A stretch of 64,000 nt of DNA from Patescibacteria group bacterium (GCA_041674405.1 JBAYVT010000005.1:7120-71119), one strand, 5' to 3'. Counted from the stretch's first letter, positions 9,028 through 18,908 are shown. The notes: a model not told the origin generated them from the sequence alone. Made by a program: numbers and translations.

Positions 9028-10275
9028 ATGGAAAACAAAACAACGCTATTCCGGGGCGACAGATCGCCGTTGGCTGATAAGCTGCGCCCAATTGATTTTA
9101 GTGAATATGTCGGGCAGGAACACATCTTAGCTAAAGGTAAACTTTTAAGGCGAGCGATAGATGCTGATCGCCTTCCATCACTAATTCTTTGGGGACCTCC
9201 GGGAAGCGGAAAAACAACTTTAGCAAAGATTATCGCACGCAAAACTAATTCCAATTTTTTTACATTGTCCGCCGTTTCCAGCGGAGTTGCCGATGCAAAA
9301 TTAGTGATTAAAAAGGCCGAAGAGGACCTAACGGGTTTCGGCAAAAAAACCATTCTTTTTGTTGATGAAATCCATCGCTTCAACAAAGCCCAGCAGGATA
9401 TATTTCTGCCCTATATTGAAAACGGGACCATTATTTTTATTGGTGCAACCACTGAAAATCCTTCTTTTGAGGTTAACTCGCCACTTTTATCAAGAACTCG
9501 CGTCTTTCACCTTCGTGAACTCACATCAGACAACATAAAAACACTGCTCAAAAATGCAACAAATAAAATCAATAAAAAAGAATTAAATTTAGAAAATATC
9601 AAATCAAAAATTTCTATTACCAACGAAGCTCTCAAACATATAGCGGAATTATGCGAGGGAGATGCTAGAGATGCGTACAATGCCCTTGAGTTGGCAATTT
9701 TAACAACTCCCGCAAAAAGAGGTGAGATTATCATCGATGAAAAAATTGCCGACGATGCGATTCAAGAAAAATTCATCCGTTATGACAAGGGGTCAGATGG
9801 CCACTATGACGCTATTTCTGCTCTTCATAAGTCGCTTCGTGCTTCCGATATTGACTCTTCATTGCATTACACTGCTCGAATGCTGGAAGCGGGCGAGGAT
9901 CCTTTGTATATAGTCCGGCGCCTGGTCCGATTTGCTTCCGAAGATATCGGGGTAGCTGATCCGATAGCATTGATCTTGGCCACATCATGCGAGCGAGCCG
10001 TATCATTCGTAGGAATGCCTGAAGCTTCACTTGCAATCGCAGAAGCGGTCATTTATCTAGCAAACGCCCCCAAATCTCGTGCTGTTGATAGCGCTTATGC
10101 ATCTGCGCTTGACGATGTCAAGAACAAGCGCCTTGACCCGATTCCACTTGACATTCGTAACGCTCCGACCAAGATGATGAAGGATTTTGGCTTTGGGAAA
10201 GGTTATGAAATGTATTCAAAAAAATCTCATCTTCCCAAAAATCTGAAGGACAAAAAATATTGGCACGAAGACTAA
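9028..10275 (+). CDS. rarA: Replication-associated recombination protein A (AAA+ ATPase RarA/MgsA)
   Basis: Walker A GPPGSGKTTLA, Walker B FVDEIHRF, sensor ATTENPSFEV and a MgsA-type C-terminal domain. The ORF is open from 9019. Confidence 0.85.
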   Translation: MENKTTLFRGDRSPLADKLRPIDFSEYVGQEHILAKGKLLRRAIDADRLPSLILWGPPGSGKTTLAKIIARKTNSNFFTLSAVSSGVADAKLVIKKAEEDLTGFGKKTILFVDEIHRFNKAQQDIFLPYIENGTIIFIGATTENPSFEVNSPLLSRTRVFHLRELTSDNIKTLLKNATNKINKKELNLENIKSKISITNEALKHIAELCEGDARDAYNALELAILTTPAKRGEIIIDEKIADDAIQEKFIRYDKGSDGHYDAISALHKSLRASDIDSSLHYTARMLEAGEDPLYIVRRLVRFASEDIGVADPIALILATSCERAVSFVGMPEASLAIAEAVIYLANAPKSRAVDSAYASALDDVKNKRLDPIPLDIRNAPTKMMKDFGFGKGYEMYSKKSHLPKNLKDKKYWHED

Positions 10276-10290
10276 TTTATCGTAGAATAT

Positions 10291-10370
10291 AACTAATAAC
10301 TTAAAACTAAAAGCTAATAACCAAAGGTATTCTATTTCGTTTTTAGTTGTTACATATTAGTTATTAGCAT
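10291..10370. repeat. Cluster of AT-rich CTAATAAC / AACTAAAA repeats (two direct and one inverted copy) in the rarA-DUF3048 intergenic region
   Basis: AACTAATAACTTAAAACTAAAAGCTAATAACC followed by TTTTAGTTGTTACATATTAGTTATTAGC. Related copies lie at 14721, 20146 and 38885 (reverse complement). Confidence 0.5.
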
Positions 10371-10375
10371 ATTTT

Positions 10376-11560
10376 GTGAGGGGTTTTGTTATGGATGATA
10401 TCTATCTTGATTCGAGAAATGTTGGCGATGTTGAACCGCCAAAAAAGAAAAAGGGGATACTGACTCGAATTCGAGTTTTTTTCAAAAATCCTAAAAAAAG
10501 GTTAATTTTTATCATAGTTACCGGAATTGTTCTCATCGCTGCCGCAGTTACTGGCTATTATTTTTACATGAAAAATACCAGCAAGGGAACGGATGGAACA
10601 AACCCAATAAATAAAGATTTCCAGGTTGAAAACCCAACATACCAAGCTGTTCTTGATGGAATCATGGTTGCAAACCAAGAGGCCGCAAGCTTGCATCCTC
10701 TGGGCATAATCATTGAAAATCATACGGATGCGCGACCGCAAGCTGGATTGACTTCGGCGAGCATTGTTTATGAGGCCATTGCCGAAGGAGGCATTACCAG
10801 ATTTCTTGCCCTGTTTGGTGAAAATGAAGTTGATAAAGCCGGGCCGGTAAGATCTGCCAGAACATATTTCGTTGATTGGGCACATGGATACAATGCCTTT
10901 CTCGCCCATGTCGGCGGCAACATGGATGCACTCGACAAAATTAAGGCTGAGCATATTCTTGATCTTGACCAGTTTGCTTATTCAAAACCTTACTGGCGCG
11001 AAAAAGGATTAAGAGTTTCTTCGGAACACACAATGTTTACATCAACGGAAGGGCTAAGGGCACAAGCAAACTCGAATAAATACACGACAGATAATAATTT
11101 TAAGGTGTTTAACTTTAAAGATGATCCCAAACCTGATTCTGCGGAATTCACTGCTTTGCCAGCATCACAAACAATTTCGATAAATTATGGCAATGCAAAT
11201 TATAATGCCGCCTTCTCGTATGACAAAGCAACTAATTCATATTTGCGCTCTCAGGCAGGAAAGCCTCACACAGATCGGGTTACCGGCAAGCAAATAAACC
11301 CAAAAAATGTAATTATTATGACCGTAAACAGAAAATCAACGGTTACCCGGATCAACGAACAAGGATACATCATGGATGTCATAGGGGAAGGAAAAGCGCA
11401 AATTTTTCTCGATGGCAAAGAAATCGATGGAAAATGGAAAAAAACCTCTGCCTCTGAGCGCGAAATTTTTTATGATTCAGAAGGAAAAGAAGTAACTTTT
11501 AACCGCGGTCAATTTTGGATCAGTATCATTTCCCCGGAACTAAGCGTTAGTGTACAATAA
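10376..11560 (+). CDS. DUF3048 domain lipoprotein/membrane-anchored protein (YerB-like)
   Basis: N-terminal TM. IIIENHTDARPQAGLTSASIVYEAIAEGGITRFLALF and GPVRSARTYFVDWAHGYNAFLAHVGG match the DUF3048 pattern. Confidence 0.65.
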   Translation: MRGFVMDDIYLDSRNVGDVEPPKKKKGILTRIRVFFKNPKKRLIFIIVTGIVLIAAAVTGYYFYMKNTSKGTDGTNPINKDFQVENPTYQAVLDGIMVANQEAASLHPLGIIIENHTDARPQAGLTSASIVYEAIAEGGITRFLALFGENEVDKAGPVRSARTYFVDWAHGYNAFLAHVGGNMDALDKIKAEHILDLDQFAYSKPYWREKGLRVSSEHTMFTSTEGLRAQANSNKYTTDNNFKVFNFKDDPKPDSAEFTALPASQTISINYGNANYNAAFSYDKATNSYLRSQAGKPHTDRVTGKQINPKNVIIMTVNRKSTVTRINEQGYIMDVIGEGKAQIFLDGKEIDGKWKKTSASEREIFYDSEGKEVTFNRGQFWISIISPELSVSVQ

Positions 11561-11662
11561 TAAATAGCGAAAGAATGTGATTTGAGAAATGCGATATGAG
11601 GTTAACTAACCAGTAAGCTCATCTCTCAAAACTCATCTCAAAACAATCTTAAGGAGGGTTTT

Positions 11663-12976
11663 ATGGCAAAGATACAAGATATAGTTGGCAGAGAAATCCT
11701 GGATTCACGAGGTAACCCAACAGTTGCATGCAAGGTCACCCTGGACGATGGAAGCTTCGCAACCGGGTATGTAGCCTCCGGAGCCTCCACGGGGCAGTTT
11801 GAAGCTTTGGAACTTCGTGATGGTGATGAGAGCCGCTATCTGGGTAAGGGTGTACTAAAAGCAGTTTCAAACGTAAATGAGCTCATAAAACCAGCACTTG
11901 TTGGCCTTGAATCGGCCAGCCTTTCTGTTATTGATAAAAAAATGATTGAACTCGATGGCACAAAAAATAAGTCGAAATTAGGAGCAAATGCCATGCTCTC
12001 TGTATCGCTTGCCTCCGCCAAAGCAATTGCAAAAAGCGAGAAGAAAGAGCTCTTCGAATATTTAGCACCCCTGATGAATGAAAAGGTTGATGATCTTACA
12101 ATACCAATTCCATTTTTAAATATCTTGAACGGCGGAAAACATGCAATCGGCTCCACAGATTTTCAAGAATTTATGATAGTGCCAATTAAATTTGAAAAAT
12201 TCAGACGTGCAATCCAGGCCGGCACTGAAATTTATCATGCCCTTGGTAAAATTCTGGATGAGCGAAGCTACCAACCGCTTGTCGGAGATGAAGGTGGATT
12301 TGCGCCCTCACTTTTTTCCAATGAGCAGGCGATGGAACTTTTGATGATGGCAATAAAAGACGCTGGATACCACGCCGGAGAAGACGTCTTTATTGCACTG
12401 GATCCGGCTGCTTCAAGATTTTATTCAGGAGATATATATCAGCTTCATCGCGAAAATCGCTCCCTGATCAGCTCGGAGATGATTGAATTTTACGAAACTT
12501 GGATTGAAAAATTTCCAATCATTTCCATTGAAGATGCGCTGGATGAAAATGACTGGGATAATTGGGGAGAATTGACCAAGAGAATAGGGGATAAGATCGA
12601 GCTCATTGGGGATGACCTTTATGCTACAAACAAAGACCTGCTTAAAAAAGGAATTGAACATAATGCTTCAACGGGCATATTGATTAAGCCAAATCAGATC
12701 GGCACGTTGTCTGAAACCATTGAAACTATCGAAATGGCAAAGCAAGCTGGATTTAAAATAATTATTTCTCATCGTTCAGGCGAAACAGAAGATGCTTTTA
12801 TTGCAGATTTGTCGGTCGCCGCAAACTGCGGTGCAATAAAATCCGGGGCACCTGCACGCAGCGAGCGCACAGCTAAATACAATAGATTGATGGAAATTGA
12901 ATCTATTTTAGGTGACAAAGCAAAGTATGCTGAGTGGGACTTACTGGAATCAGCAAAGCAAGAAGTTGCGTTCTAA
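11663..12976 (+). CDS. eno: Enolase (phosphopyruvate hydratase)
   Basis: MAKIQDIVGREILDSRGNPTV start, the catalytic-loop motifs, 437 aa and an AAGGAGGG RBS. Confidence 0.9.
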   Translation: MAKIQDIVGREILDSRGNPTVACKVTLDDGSFATGYVASGASTGQFEALELRDGDESRYLGKGVLKAVSNVNELIKPALVGLESASLSVIDKKMIELDGTKNKSKLGANAMLSVSLASAKAIAKSEKKELFEYLAPLMNEKVDDLTIPIPFLNILNGGKHAIGSTDFQEFMIVPIKFEKFRRAIQAGTEIYHALGKILDERSYQPLVGDEGGFAPSLFSNEQAMELLMMAIKDAGYHAGEDVFIALDPAASRFYSGDIYQLHRENRSLISSEMIEFYETWIEKFPIISIEDALDENDWDNWGELTKRIGDKIELIGDDLYATNKDLLKKGIEHNASTGILIKPNQIGTLSETIETIEMAKQAGFKIIISHRSGETEDAFIADLSVAANCGAIKSGAPARSERTAKYNRLMEIESILGDKAKYAEWDLLESAKQEVAF

Positions 12977-12987
12977 ATAACTACAAA

Positions 12988-13024
12988 GAAAAAACCCCGA
13001 GTAATCGGGGTTTTTTCTTTTTTT
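12988..13024. terminator. Bidirectional rho-independent terminator between eno (+) and slt (-)
   Basis: AAAAAACCCCGAGTAATCGGGGTTTTTTCTTTTTTT: a perfect 6-bp GC stem with A-run and T-run flanks. Confidence 0.75.
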
Positions 13025-13030
13025 GTTTAT

Positions 13031-13729
13031 TTACAGGCTATTCACAATTGACATAACCTTGTTGTAATAAGACGTTGAAGGATTATATCCCCACAAAGCC
13101 TTTTTCACATTAGGGTAACCACAAGCCTTAAGGTAAGCAGCAGCAGAGTAAATTGCGTCTTCCACATTGTGGATATCAGCTATTCCATCGCCGTTACCAT
13201 CTACGCCATGTCTACGAAAAGTAGAAGGCAAGAACTGCATCGGGCCGGTAGCACCTGAAGGGTTACTCTTAAAAGTCGATCCAGAGCATCCGGTTTCGAC
13301 ATAGTGGATGGCATTTAAAAGCCTCCAGTCTACGCCGTAAATAGCCTCAGCTCTTTTGTATATGGACACGAAGTCCGAAGGGTCAACATAGGTGATTCTG
13401 GTACCGCGGGAGACAGTCTGTCTCGCTTTGGCAGTGGCTTCAGCCTTAGCCTTAGCTTCGGCTTCAGCAGTCTCACGAGCCTGTCTTTGTACCATAGATT
13501 CACCAGGAGTAATTTCCGGTTTGTTTTCATTGATAGCCAAAATTTTGTGTGATGAGGTATCGAGTTTGATCCCGATTTCCTGTTTGTTGATAGTTCCGTT
13601 GTCAGCCTTTGCAACTCCGAAGGAGGCGACGGCGACAAGCAGAACAGCTATGAACATAGTGGCATTTATAGACGCCGATATGCTCATATGATCATTAGTA
13701 TTCTTCTTACGAAGAAGCATTAGTTTCAC
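13031..13729 (-). CDS. Lytic transglycosylase (SLT/GH23 domain) with N-terminal signal/TM and Ala/Lys/Glu-rich linker
   Basis: C-terminal SLT-like motifs VETGCSG and GATGPMQFLPSTF. The AEAEAKAKAEATAKA low-complexity linker. Start may be internal (Met at 13687). Confidence 0.7.
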   Translation of the reverse strand: MKLMLLRKKNTNDHMSISASINATMFIAVLLVAVASFGVAKADNGTINKQEIGIKLDTSSHKILAINENKPEITPGESMVQRQARETAEAEAKAKAEATAKARQTVSRGTRITYVDPSDFVSIYKRAEAIYGVDWRLLNAIHYVETGCSGSTFKSNPSGATGPMQFLPSTFRRHGVDGNGDGIADIHNVEDAIYSAAAYLKACGYPNVKKALWGYNPSTSYYNKVMSIVNSL

Positions 13730-13896
13730 TGGAAGTTCGGCTTGGCGAGGGTCGTGGAAATAAGCCTTGGTCCAGATACCATTTTAATTAAAAAATCTCA
13801 CGAATTCGCGAGACGATATATATCTTAGCATATACTACTAATCTTGTCAAGGGGTAAAATCGGCCAAAATGAAGCTAAAATCAGGAGAAAATTCCT

Positions 13897-13932
13897 CACA
13901 AAAGAGAAAACCGGTCGCGTAATACGACCGGT
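13897..13932 (-). terminator. Rho-independent terminator of GC-rich cassette B
   Basis: ACCGGTCG-CGTAATA-CGACCGGT hairpin. On the minus strand it is followed by TTTTCTCTTTTG. Confidence 0.55.
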
Positions 13933-13972
13933 CCCGGTTTTCCCTTCATTTTTCGGATAAGAATGCTGCCAG

Positions 13973-14206
13973 CTAGCGACATGCTGGGCACTTCACTGAC
14001 GACTCCAGCACCTCGACAATCGTGTCCAGAAACATCGACTGAAGCTGGCGCAACCCCTCCTGTGTTTCAAGGAGATCTCGTACCGACCTCGTTACTCGGT
14101 GGCCACACCTCGTGTAGAGCACCGTCGTCTCCTCGCCGAAGCGATCAAGAATCTCTCGCCTCGTAACAGACTCCCGTTCTCTCGCTTTCGTTTCTTCTCT
14201 CTGCAT
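13973..14206 (-). CDS. Small Cys-containing protein (77 aa; CGH...CPAC) in GC-rich cassette B
   Basis: AGGGGGG SD 7 nt upstream of ATG 14206. Own promoter and terminator. GC-rich codon usage unlike the neighbours. The ORF is open to 14245 but the RBS supports 14206. Confidence 0.45.
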   Translation of the reverse strand: MQREETKARERESVTRREILDRFGEETTVLYTRCGHRVTRSVRDLLETQEGLRQLQSMFLDTIVEVLESSVKCPACR

Positions 14207-14244
14207 AATATTCCCCCCTTTCAGGCAACCACACATTAGCACCA

Positions 14245-14272
14245 TTATGTAAGCACATCAACACCAATTCAA
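14245..14272 (-). promoter_or_regulatory. Sigma70-like promoter for cassette B (TTGAAT, 16 bp, CATAAT on minus strand)
   Basis: Reverse complement of 14267-14272 is TTGAAT and of 14245-14250 is CATAAT. Confidence 0.4.
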
Positions 14273-14298
14273 CTGGTTAGGTATGCTATAATGCGCAT

Positions 14299-14733
14299 AT
14301 GAGAGACAATGACTGGCTTGAGGCTAAATTGGATTACATGATCAAAAAACATTTTCCGGATGTTAATTTCAAAAACCCTGTGTTTATTCATTTTGGAAGA
14401 TGTGCAAGAACACGGCTCGGCAGCATAAAAAAGGTCTATCCAAAATCGCTTGTAGCCAAACTGAAGGGCAATTTCTCGAGCGTAATTACTATGAATGGGC
14501 ATTTTCGAGATGAAAATATTCCGGAATACAATATAGACGCGGTTATTGCTCATGAGCTTTGCCATTATGCACACGGGTTTTCCTCTCCGCTGCCACAGAT
14601 GACTACCCATCCACATCGTGGCGGTATAGTTGATAAAGAAATGGTCAAACGTGGATTTGGAGATACCCTCAAAAAACAGAAGAAGTGGTTTAAAGAAAAT
14701 TGGATCAGTTATCTAAAAACTAATAACCCCTAA
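14299..14733 (+). CDS. SprT-like/DUF45-family zinc metallohydrolase domain protein (HELCH motif)
   Basis: A RTRLGSIK...AVIAHELCHYAHG pattern resembling SprT/YgjP (WLM-like) HExxH proteins. TATAAT (14287-14292) sits 6 nt upstream of the ATG, so the transcript is leaderless. Confidence 0.5.
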   Translation: MRDNDWLEAKLDYMIKKHFPDVNFKNPVFIHFGRCARTRLGSIKKVYPKSLVAKLKGNFSSVITMNGHFRDENIPEYNIDAVIAHELCHYAHGFSSPLPQMTTHPHRGGIVDKEMVKRGFGDTLKKQKKWFKENWISYLKTNNP

Positions 14734-14770
14734 GGGGCCTCTTTGAGGCTAATAACCTAAGGAAAAATTT

Positions 14771-15115
14771 ATGCCCGAAGATTGTATTTTTTGTAAAATT
14801 GCGAAAAAAGAGATTCCAACCGAGATTGTATTTGAAGATGAAGACTTTATTGCTTTTAAAGATGTCAAGCCGAAAGCCCCAATTCATGTCATCTTAATTC
14901 CCAAAATGCACATTGGGCCGCATTTTTCGGTCTCTGAGGAGCATGGTGAACTTTTGGGTAAGATGATGATTGCGGCTGCCGAGATTGCCAGAATAGTCGG
15001 GGTTGATAGATCCGGCTATAGGCTAGTCATGAATTCTGGGCCAGATTCAGGAATGGAAATTGATCATCTGCACATGCACATTTTGGGCGGTGGGCAACTT
15101 GGCCCGATCGCCTAG
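14771..15115 (+). CDS. HIT-family (histidine triad) nucleotide hydrolase
   Basis: MPEDCIFCKI N-terminus and the HxHxH-type triad IDHLHMHILGG. Confidence 0.85.
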   Translation: MPEDCIFCKIAKKEIPTEIVFEDEDFIAFKDVKPKAPIHVILIPKMHIGPHFSVSEEHGELLGKMMIAAAEIARIVGVDRSGYRLVMNSGPDSGMEIDHLHMHILGGGQLGPIA

Positions 15116-15140
15116 GTTGTAAAACAACCTATTTTCTGTT
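15114..15140 (+). terminator. Rho-independent terminator after HIT gene (AGGTTGTAAAACAACCT then ATTTTCTGTT)
   Basis: A perfect 6-bp stem with a 5-nt loop and a T-rich tail. Confidence 0.6.
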
Positions 15141-15194
15141 ATAGTAATTTTGTTTTATTCTAGCTCATTCTCAAATAGTTAAATTCAATATTTT

Positions 15195-15222
15195 TGAGAT
15201 TTGAAATTTGAGATTTGAAATT
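15195..15222 (+). repeat. Tandem 14-mer (TGAGATTTGAAATT x2) in rpsU 5' region
   Basis: Direct tandem duplication read in the sequence. Confidence 0.6.
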
Positions 15223-15240
15223 TCTTGAGAGGTGGTGATA

Positions 15241-15438
15241 TTTTTGATCGAGGTTAAAAGAAAGAACGAAGAGCGATTTGATGTTATGCTTCGAAGATTC
15301 AACCGCGAAGTTCAGCAAAGTGGTATTCTTTCTGTTGCAAAAGAAAAAAGATACTTCAAGAAAGAAGATAATCGCGGAAAAATTCGAAAATCAGCAATTC
15401 GTAAACGATATATTCAATCCCTGAAGCGCGGATATTAA
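15241..15438 (+). CDS. rpsU: 30S ribosomal protein S21
   Basis: IEVKRKNE...MLRRFNREVQQSGIL...KIRKSAIRKR aligns to the S21 consensus. Probable TTG start 5 nt after the GAGAGGTGG RBS. The ORF is open from GTG 15232. Confidence 0.75.
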   Translation, partial: FLIEVKRKNEERFDVMLRRFNREVQQSGILSVAKEKRYFKKEDNRGKIRKSAIRKRYIQSLKRGY

Positions 15439-15454
15439 TTTTACAAGGACTAAT

Positions 15455-15883
15455 ATGGCCTTAAGCGAGCAAATAAATACCGATTTTATCGCTGCCTATA
15501 AAGATAAAGATGAAGCTAAATCATCCGTTTTAAGAATGCTTAAAAGCTCAATTAAAAACGAGGAAATAGCCCAAAAAACCAGCCTAAGCGATGATGATGT
15601 AATTAAGATTATCCAACGTGAAATCAAGCAGAGAAATGATTCAATAGCAGAATACGACAAGGGAGGAAGGCCTGATCTTTCAGAGAAAGAAAAGGCAGAA
15701 ATCGACATTTTGAACAAGTATTTACCAACCCAGCTTTCTGATGATGAGATCGAAGCGATAGTTAGAAAAGTTGCCGAAAACGAGAGCGACTTCGGTAAAA
15801 TTATGGGCGCCGTGATGCCTCAAGTAGCAGGCAAGGCTGACGGTAATCGTGTCTCTGCTGTTGTTCGCAAAGTTCTCAAGTAA
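15455..15883 (+). CDS. GatB/YqeY domain protein
   Basis: FIAAYKDKDEAKSSVLRMLKSSIKN and the C-terminal GKIMGAVM pattern of YqeY. Confidence 0.8.
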   Translation: MALSEQINTDFIAAYKDKDEAKSSVLRMLKSSIKNEEIAQKTSLSDDDVIKIIQREIKQRNDSIAEYDKGGRPDLSEKEKAEIDILNKYLPTQLSDDEIEAIVRKVAENESDFGKIMGAVMPQVAGKADGNRVSAVVRKVLK

Positions 15884-16804
15884 ATGAAAAAAATAAAAAT
15901 AGAAATTAAATATCTTGCTGTTTTTTCCATGCTTCTTGCGTGCGTGTTTTTTGTTTCTTTTTTAATTGTTAACTCGATTAATAATTATTTTGATTCCCTG
16001 GCCGTAAGAATACTTCTGATGGCGATTCTCGCAATTGTATTTTCTGTGATAATTTCATACGGCCTCTCAATACTTTCGACTACGGTTAAAGACGCAATGA
16101 TCACATTGCGCCGGATGCTAACCGTTCAAAACTTATCCAATCCTCTCCTTATGAAGCTTGCGGAAAAAGCACCTGGCACATACCACCATTCCATGAACGT
16201 CTCAAATATCGCACAAAATGCCGCTAGAAAAATCGGCGCTAATTCGCTTCTTGTACGCACAGCATCGTATTATCATGACATCGGCAAGCTCAAAGACCCA
16301 GGGACCTTTATTGAGAACCAATCTCACAATGAAATCCCTCAAGATGAAAATGCAGAGTATATTCGTAACATCGCAAAAAGAATTATCTCTCACGTCACAG
16401 AAGGCATTAAGGTTGCAAAAGACAATTCACTTCCTGAAGAAATCATCGATCTCATCGCCGAACACCATGGCACCACCCGGGTCTTGTACTGCTTTGAAAA
16501 AGCAAAAGAGCGGGGCCTTAAAATCAAGCGAACTGATTTTCGCTATCCCGGTCCGGTTCCTCAGTCGCCAGAATCGGTAATCTTAATGTTGGCTGATTGT
16601 GTCGAAGCCGCAGCCAGGGCTTCAGAAAATTTATCACATGCAACAATCAAAAAAATAGTTGAATCTACAATCGAAGAAAAACTTGCTGAGAAACAAATTG
16701 GTAGAGCAAACATCTCCGAAACAAACCTTGCAAAAATTAAAAATTCTTTAATTGAATCACTAGATGCAATATACCACCAAAGAATAAAACTGGAACAAGA
16801 ATGA
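15884..16804 (+). CDS. Membrane-associated HD/HDIG phosphohydrolase (YqfF/PgpH-like)
   Basis: N-terminal TM helices. The HHSMNVSNIA...YHDIGKLKDP HDIG motif. Position between yqeY and ybeY as in the phoH-yqfF-ybeY-dgkA cluster. Confidence 0.7.
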   Translation: MKKIKIEIKYLAVFSMLLACVFFVSFLIVNSINNYFDSLAVRILLMAILAIVFSVIISYGLSILSTTVKDAMITLRRMLTVQNLSNPLLMKLAEKAPGTYHHSMNVSNIAQNAARKIGANSLLVRTASYYHDIGKLKDPGTFIENQSHNEIPQDENAEYIRNIAKRIISHVTEGIKVAKDNSLPEEIIDLIAEHHGTTRVLYCFEKAKERGLKIKRTDFRYPGPVPQSPESVILMLADCVEAAARASENLSHATIKKIVESTIEEKLAEKQIGRANISETNLAKIKNSLIESLDAIYHQRIKLEQE

Positions 16805-17178
16805 AAGTCGAAATCATTGGCAAGGGAGGCCTAGAAAATAAAGAGATTGTTGAATTTATTGATGATATCTCTAAAAAAATTGGAATCGCCACAACCGACG
16901 CAATACTCGAAATTGTGTTCGTGTCAGAAGATGAAATACGGAAGTTAAATTCAACTTTTCGAAAAATTAATAAAGAAACTGATGTATTGTCTTTTCCGCA
17001 GATTTCAATCAATGGAAATATTCCGATATTTGGATCGATTGTTATTTGCGAAAAAATCGGTAAAGATAGGGGAGAGACCACAGAAGAACTACTTTCACAT
17101 GGTTTCCTTCATCTTACTGGATACGACCACGAAACAAATCAAAGTAAGTGGGATGAAATAGAGGCAAAAATTACATGA
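16801..17178 (+). CDS. ybeY: Endoribonuclease YbeY (rRNA maturation factor)
   Basis: HGFLHLTGYDHE zinc-binding motif. 125 aa. ATGA overlap with the upstream gene. Confidence 0.85.
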   Translation: MKVEIIGKGGLENKEIVEFIDDISKKIGIATTDAILEIVFVSEDEIRKLNSTFRKINKETDVLSFPQISINGNIPIFGSIVICEKIGKDRGETTEELLSHGFLHLTGYDHETNQSKWDEIEAKIT

Positions 17179-17549
17179 AAAGATTTGATTTTAAAAAATT
17201 TATTCGAAGTTTTCACTATGCGTTTCGGGGCGTAATCAGACTGCTTCTTACCGAACAAAATGCACGGATACACCTGACGCTCACCATTGTTGCTGGGATT
17301 CTCGCATATTTATTTGGCATCACCAGAGTAGAAGCGGCAATTTTATTTATCGCCGTAATTATGGTCTTTGCCATGGAAATCATCAACACATCGTTTGAAA
17401 AGCTGTGCGATTTAATAGACCAAAACCATAATCCTATTATTGCTAGAGTAAAAGACGGCATGGCCGGCGCAGTATTGATTGCTTCAGTTATTGCCGCAGT
17501 AGTTGCCTTTATTATTTTTGTACCGTACCTAAGAGATATTGTTCACTAA
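17175..17549 (+). CDS. dgkA: Diacylglycerol/undecaprenol kinase (DgkA family)
   Basis: Three TM helices and the FAMEIINTSFE motif. 124 aa. ATGA overlap with ybeY. Confidence 0.8.
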   Translation: MKRFDFKKFIRSFHYAFRGVIRLLLTEQNARIHLTLTIVAGILAYLFGITRVEAAILFIAVIMVFAMEIINTSFEKLCDLIDQNHNPIIARVKDGMAGAVLIASVIAAVVAFIIFVPYLRDIVH

Positions 17550-17647
17550 ATGCCTTGCACAGAATTTGGCTATGAGGTAGACTTTAACTGATAGCATTTC
17601 GCTGGTTTTGTATATTCAATTATAAAATTGATTTGGAGAGGGAGTTT

Positions 17648-18877
17648 ATGGCTAGAGAAAATATATCTGTCGGACTAGATATAGGCAGCACTAAAGTTAC
17701 AACATGTGTCGGAAAATTTGAAGATAATGGTGTCGATATTATCGGAATCGGAAAAGCGCCAAATCAGGGTATGAGAAAAGGGGCAATAGTCGATATCGAA
17801 GAGACAGTCTCAGCTATATCCGCATCACTCGAAGAAGCTGAGCGCATGGCTGGAATGCCAATTACTTCTGCGGTCATCGGTATAGACGGAGCCCATATCG
17901 AGTCTGAAGATAGCAAGGGAGTCATAGCTGTTTCGCGTGCTGATGGCGAAATAACCGAGACGGATATCGAGAGGGTGATCGAAGCTGCACGAGCTATTCC
18001 AAATAAACCAAATAGAGAAGTCCTGCATGTTATTCCAAAAACTTACATAATCGATGGCCGAGACGGGGTTAAAGATCCGATTGGGATGCAAGGCATCAGG
18101 CTTGAGCTCGACGCACACATTATCTCCACCTCAACAAATGCAATTAAGAGCACGATAAAGTGTGTGGAACAATCCGGTCTCACACCGGTTGAAGTGGTTT
18201 TTTCACCTCTTGCAACCTCCAAATTACTTCTTTCGAAGCGCCAAATGGAAATTGGCGTCGTTCTTATCGATATCGGTTCAGCCGGTACATCATATGCCGT
18301 TTTCGAAGAGGGTGATTTGATATCCTGTGGCGTAATTCCTATTGGCTCGTCTCATATTACAAATGACGTTGCTATCGGTCTTCGCACAAGTTTGGATGTA
18401 GCGGAACTTCTTAAAATCAAACACGGCTATGCTCTTCCTGACAAAGTTGCCGAAAAAGAAGAAGTCCGGCTGTCGACTTTTGACAAAAAAGACGAGGGAG
18501 TTGCTTCTGTTAGATATGTCTCCGAAATCATCGAGGCAAGGTTAAATGAAATATTGCAGATTGTTCAAGATAAGCTCAAGGTTATCGGCAGAGACGGCAC
18601 TCTTCCAGCTGGAGTAATACTAACAGGCGGCGGCGCGAAAATCGAAGGATTGGTTGAGCTTACGAAGGAAACATTGCGTCTGCCGGCACAGATCGGAACC
18701 CCACTTCCTGAGATCAAAGGACTTGTTGACAAGCTAGATGATCCAGTATATGCTACAAGCGTAGGTTTGATGCTGTGGGGGCAAGGAAGCGGACATACGC
18801 GCGTTTTTGCTGACACACATAACATGTCGGGAGCTCTTAAAAGAGCCCGAGATTTTCTGAAACAATTTCTTCCATAA
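17648..18877 (+). CDS. ftsA: Cell division protein FtsA (actin-like ATPase)
   Basis: GLDIGSTKV phosphate-1 motif and the SHSA/actin fold pattern. RBS GGAGAGGGAG. The ORF is open from TTG 17633. Confidence 0.85.
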   Translation: MARENISVGLDIGSTKVTTCVGKFEDNGVDIIGIGKAPNQGMRKGAIVDIEETVSAISASLEEAERMAGMPITSAVIGIDGAHIESEDSKGVIAVSRADGEITETDIERVIEAARAIPNKPNREVLHVIPKTYIIDGRDGVKDPIGMQGIRLELDAHIISTSTNAIKSTIKCVEQSGLTPVEVVFSPLATSKLLLSKRQMEIGVVLIDIGSAGTSYAVFEEGDLISCGVIPIGSSHITNDVAIGLRTSLDVAELLKIKHGYALPDKVAEKEEVRLSTFDKKDEGVASVRYVSEIIEARLNEILQIVQDKLKVIGRDGTLPAGVILTGGGAKIEGLVELTKETLRLPAQIGTPLPEIKGLVDKLDDPVYATSVGLMLWGQGSGHTRVFADTHNMSGALKRARDFLKQFLP

Positions 18878-18908
18878 TTAATAACGGATGGGGTAAGAAA
18901 GAGGCGCA

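Noticed and set aside
13780-13830. Near-palindrome TCTCACGAATTCGCGAGAC upstream of slt
   Set aside because: A single imperfect 7-bp inverted repeat around an EcoRI site. No second copy and no obvious regulator. It is probably fortuitous.
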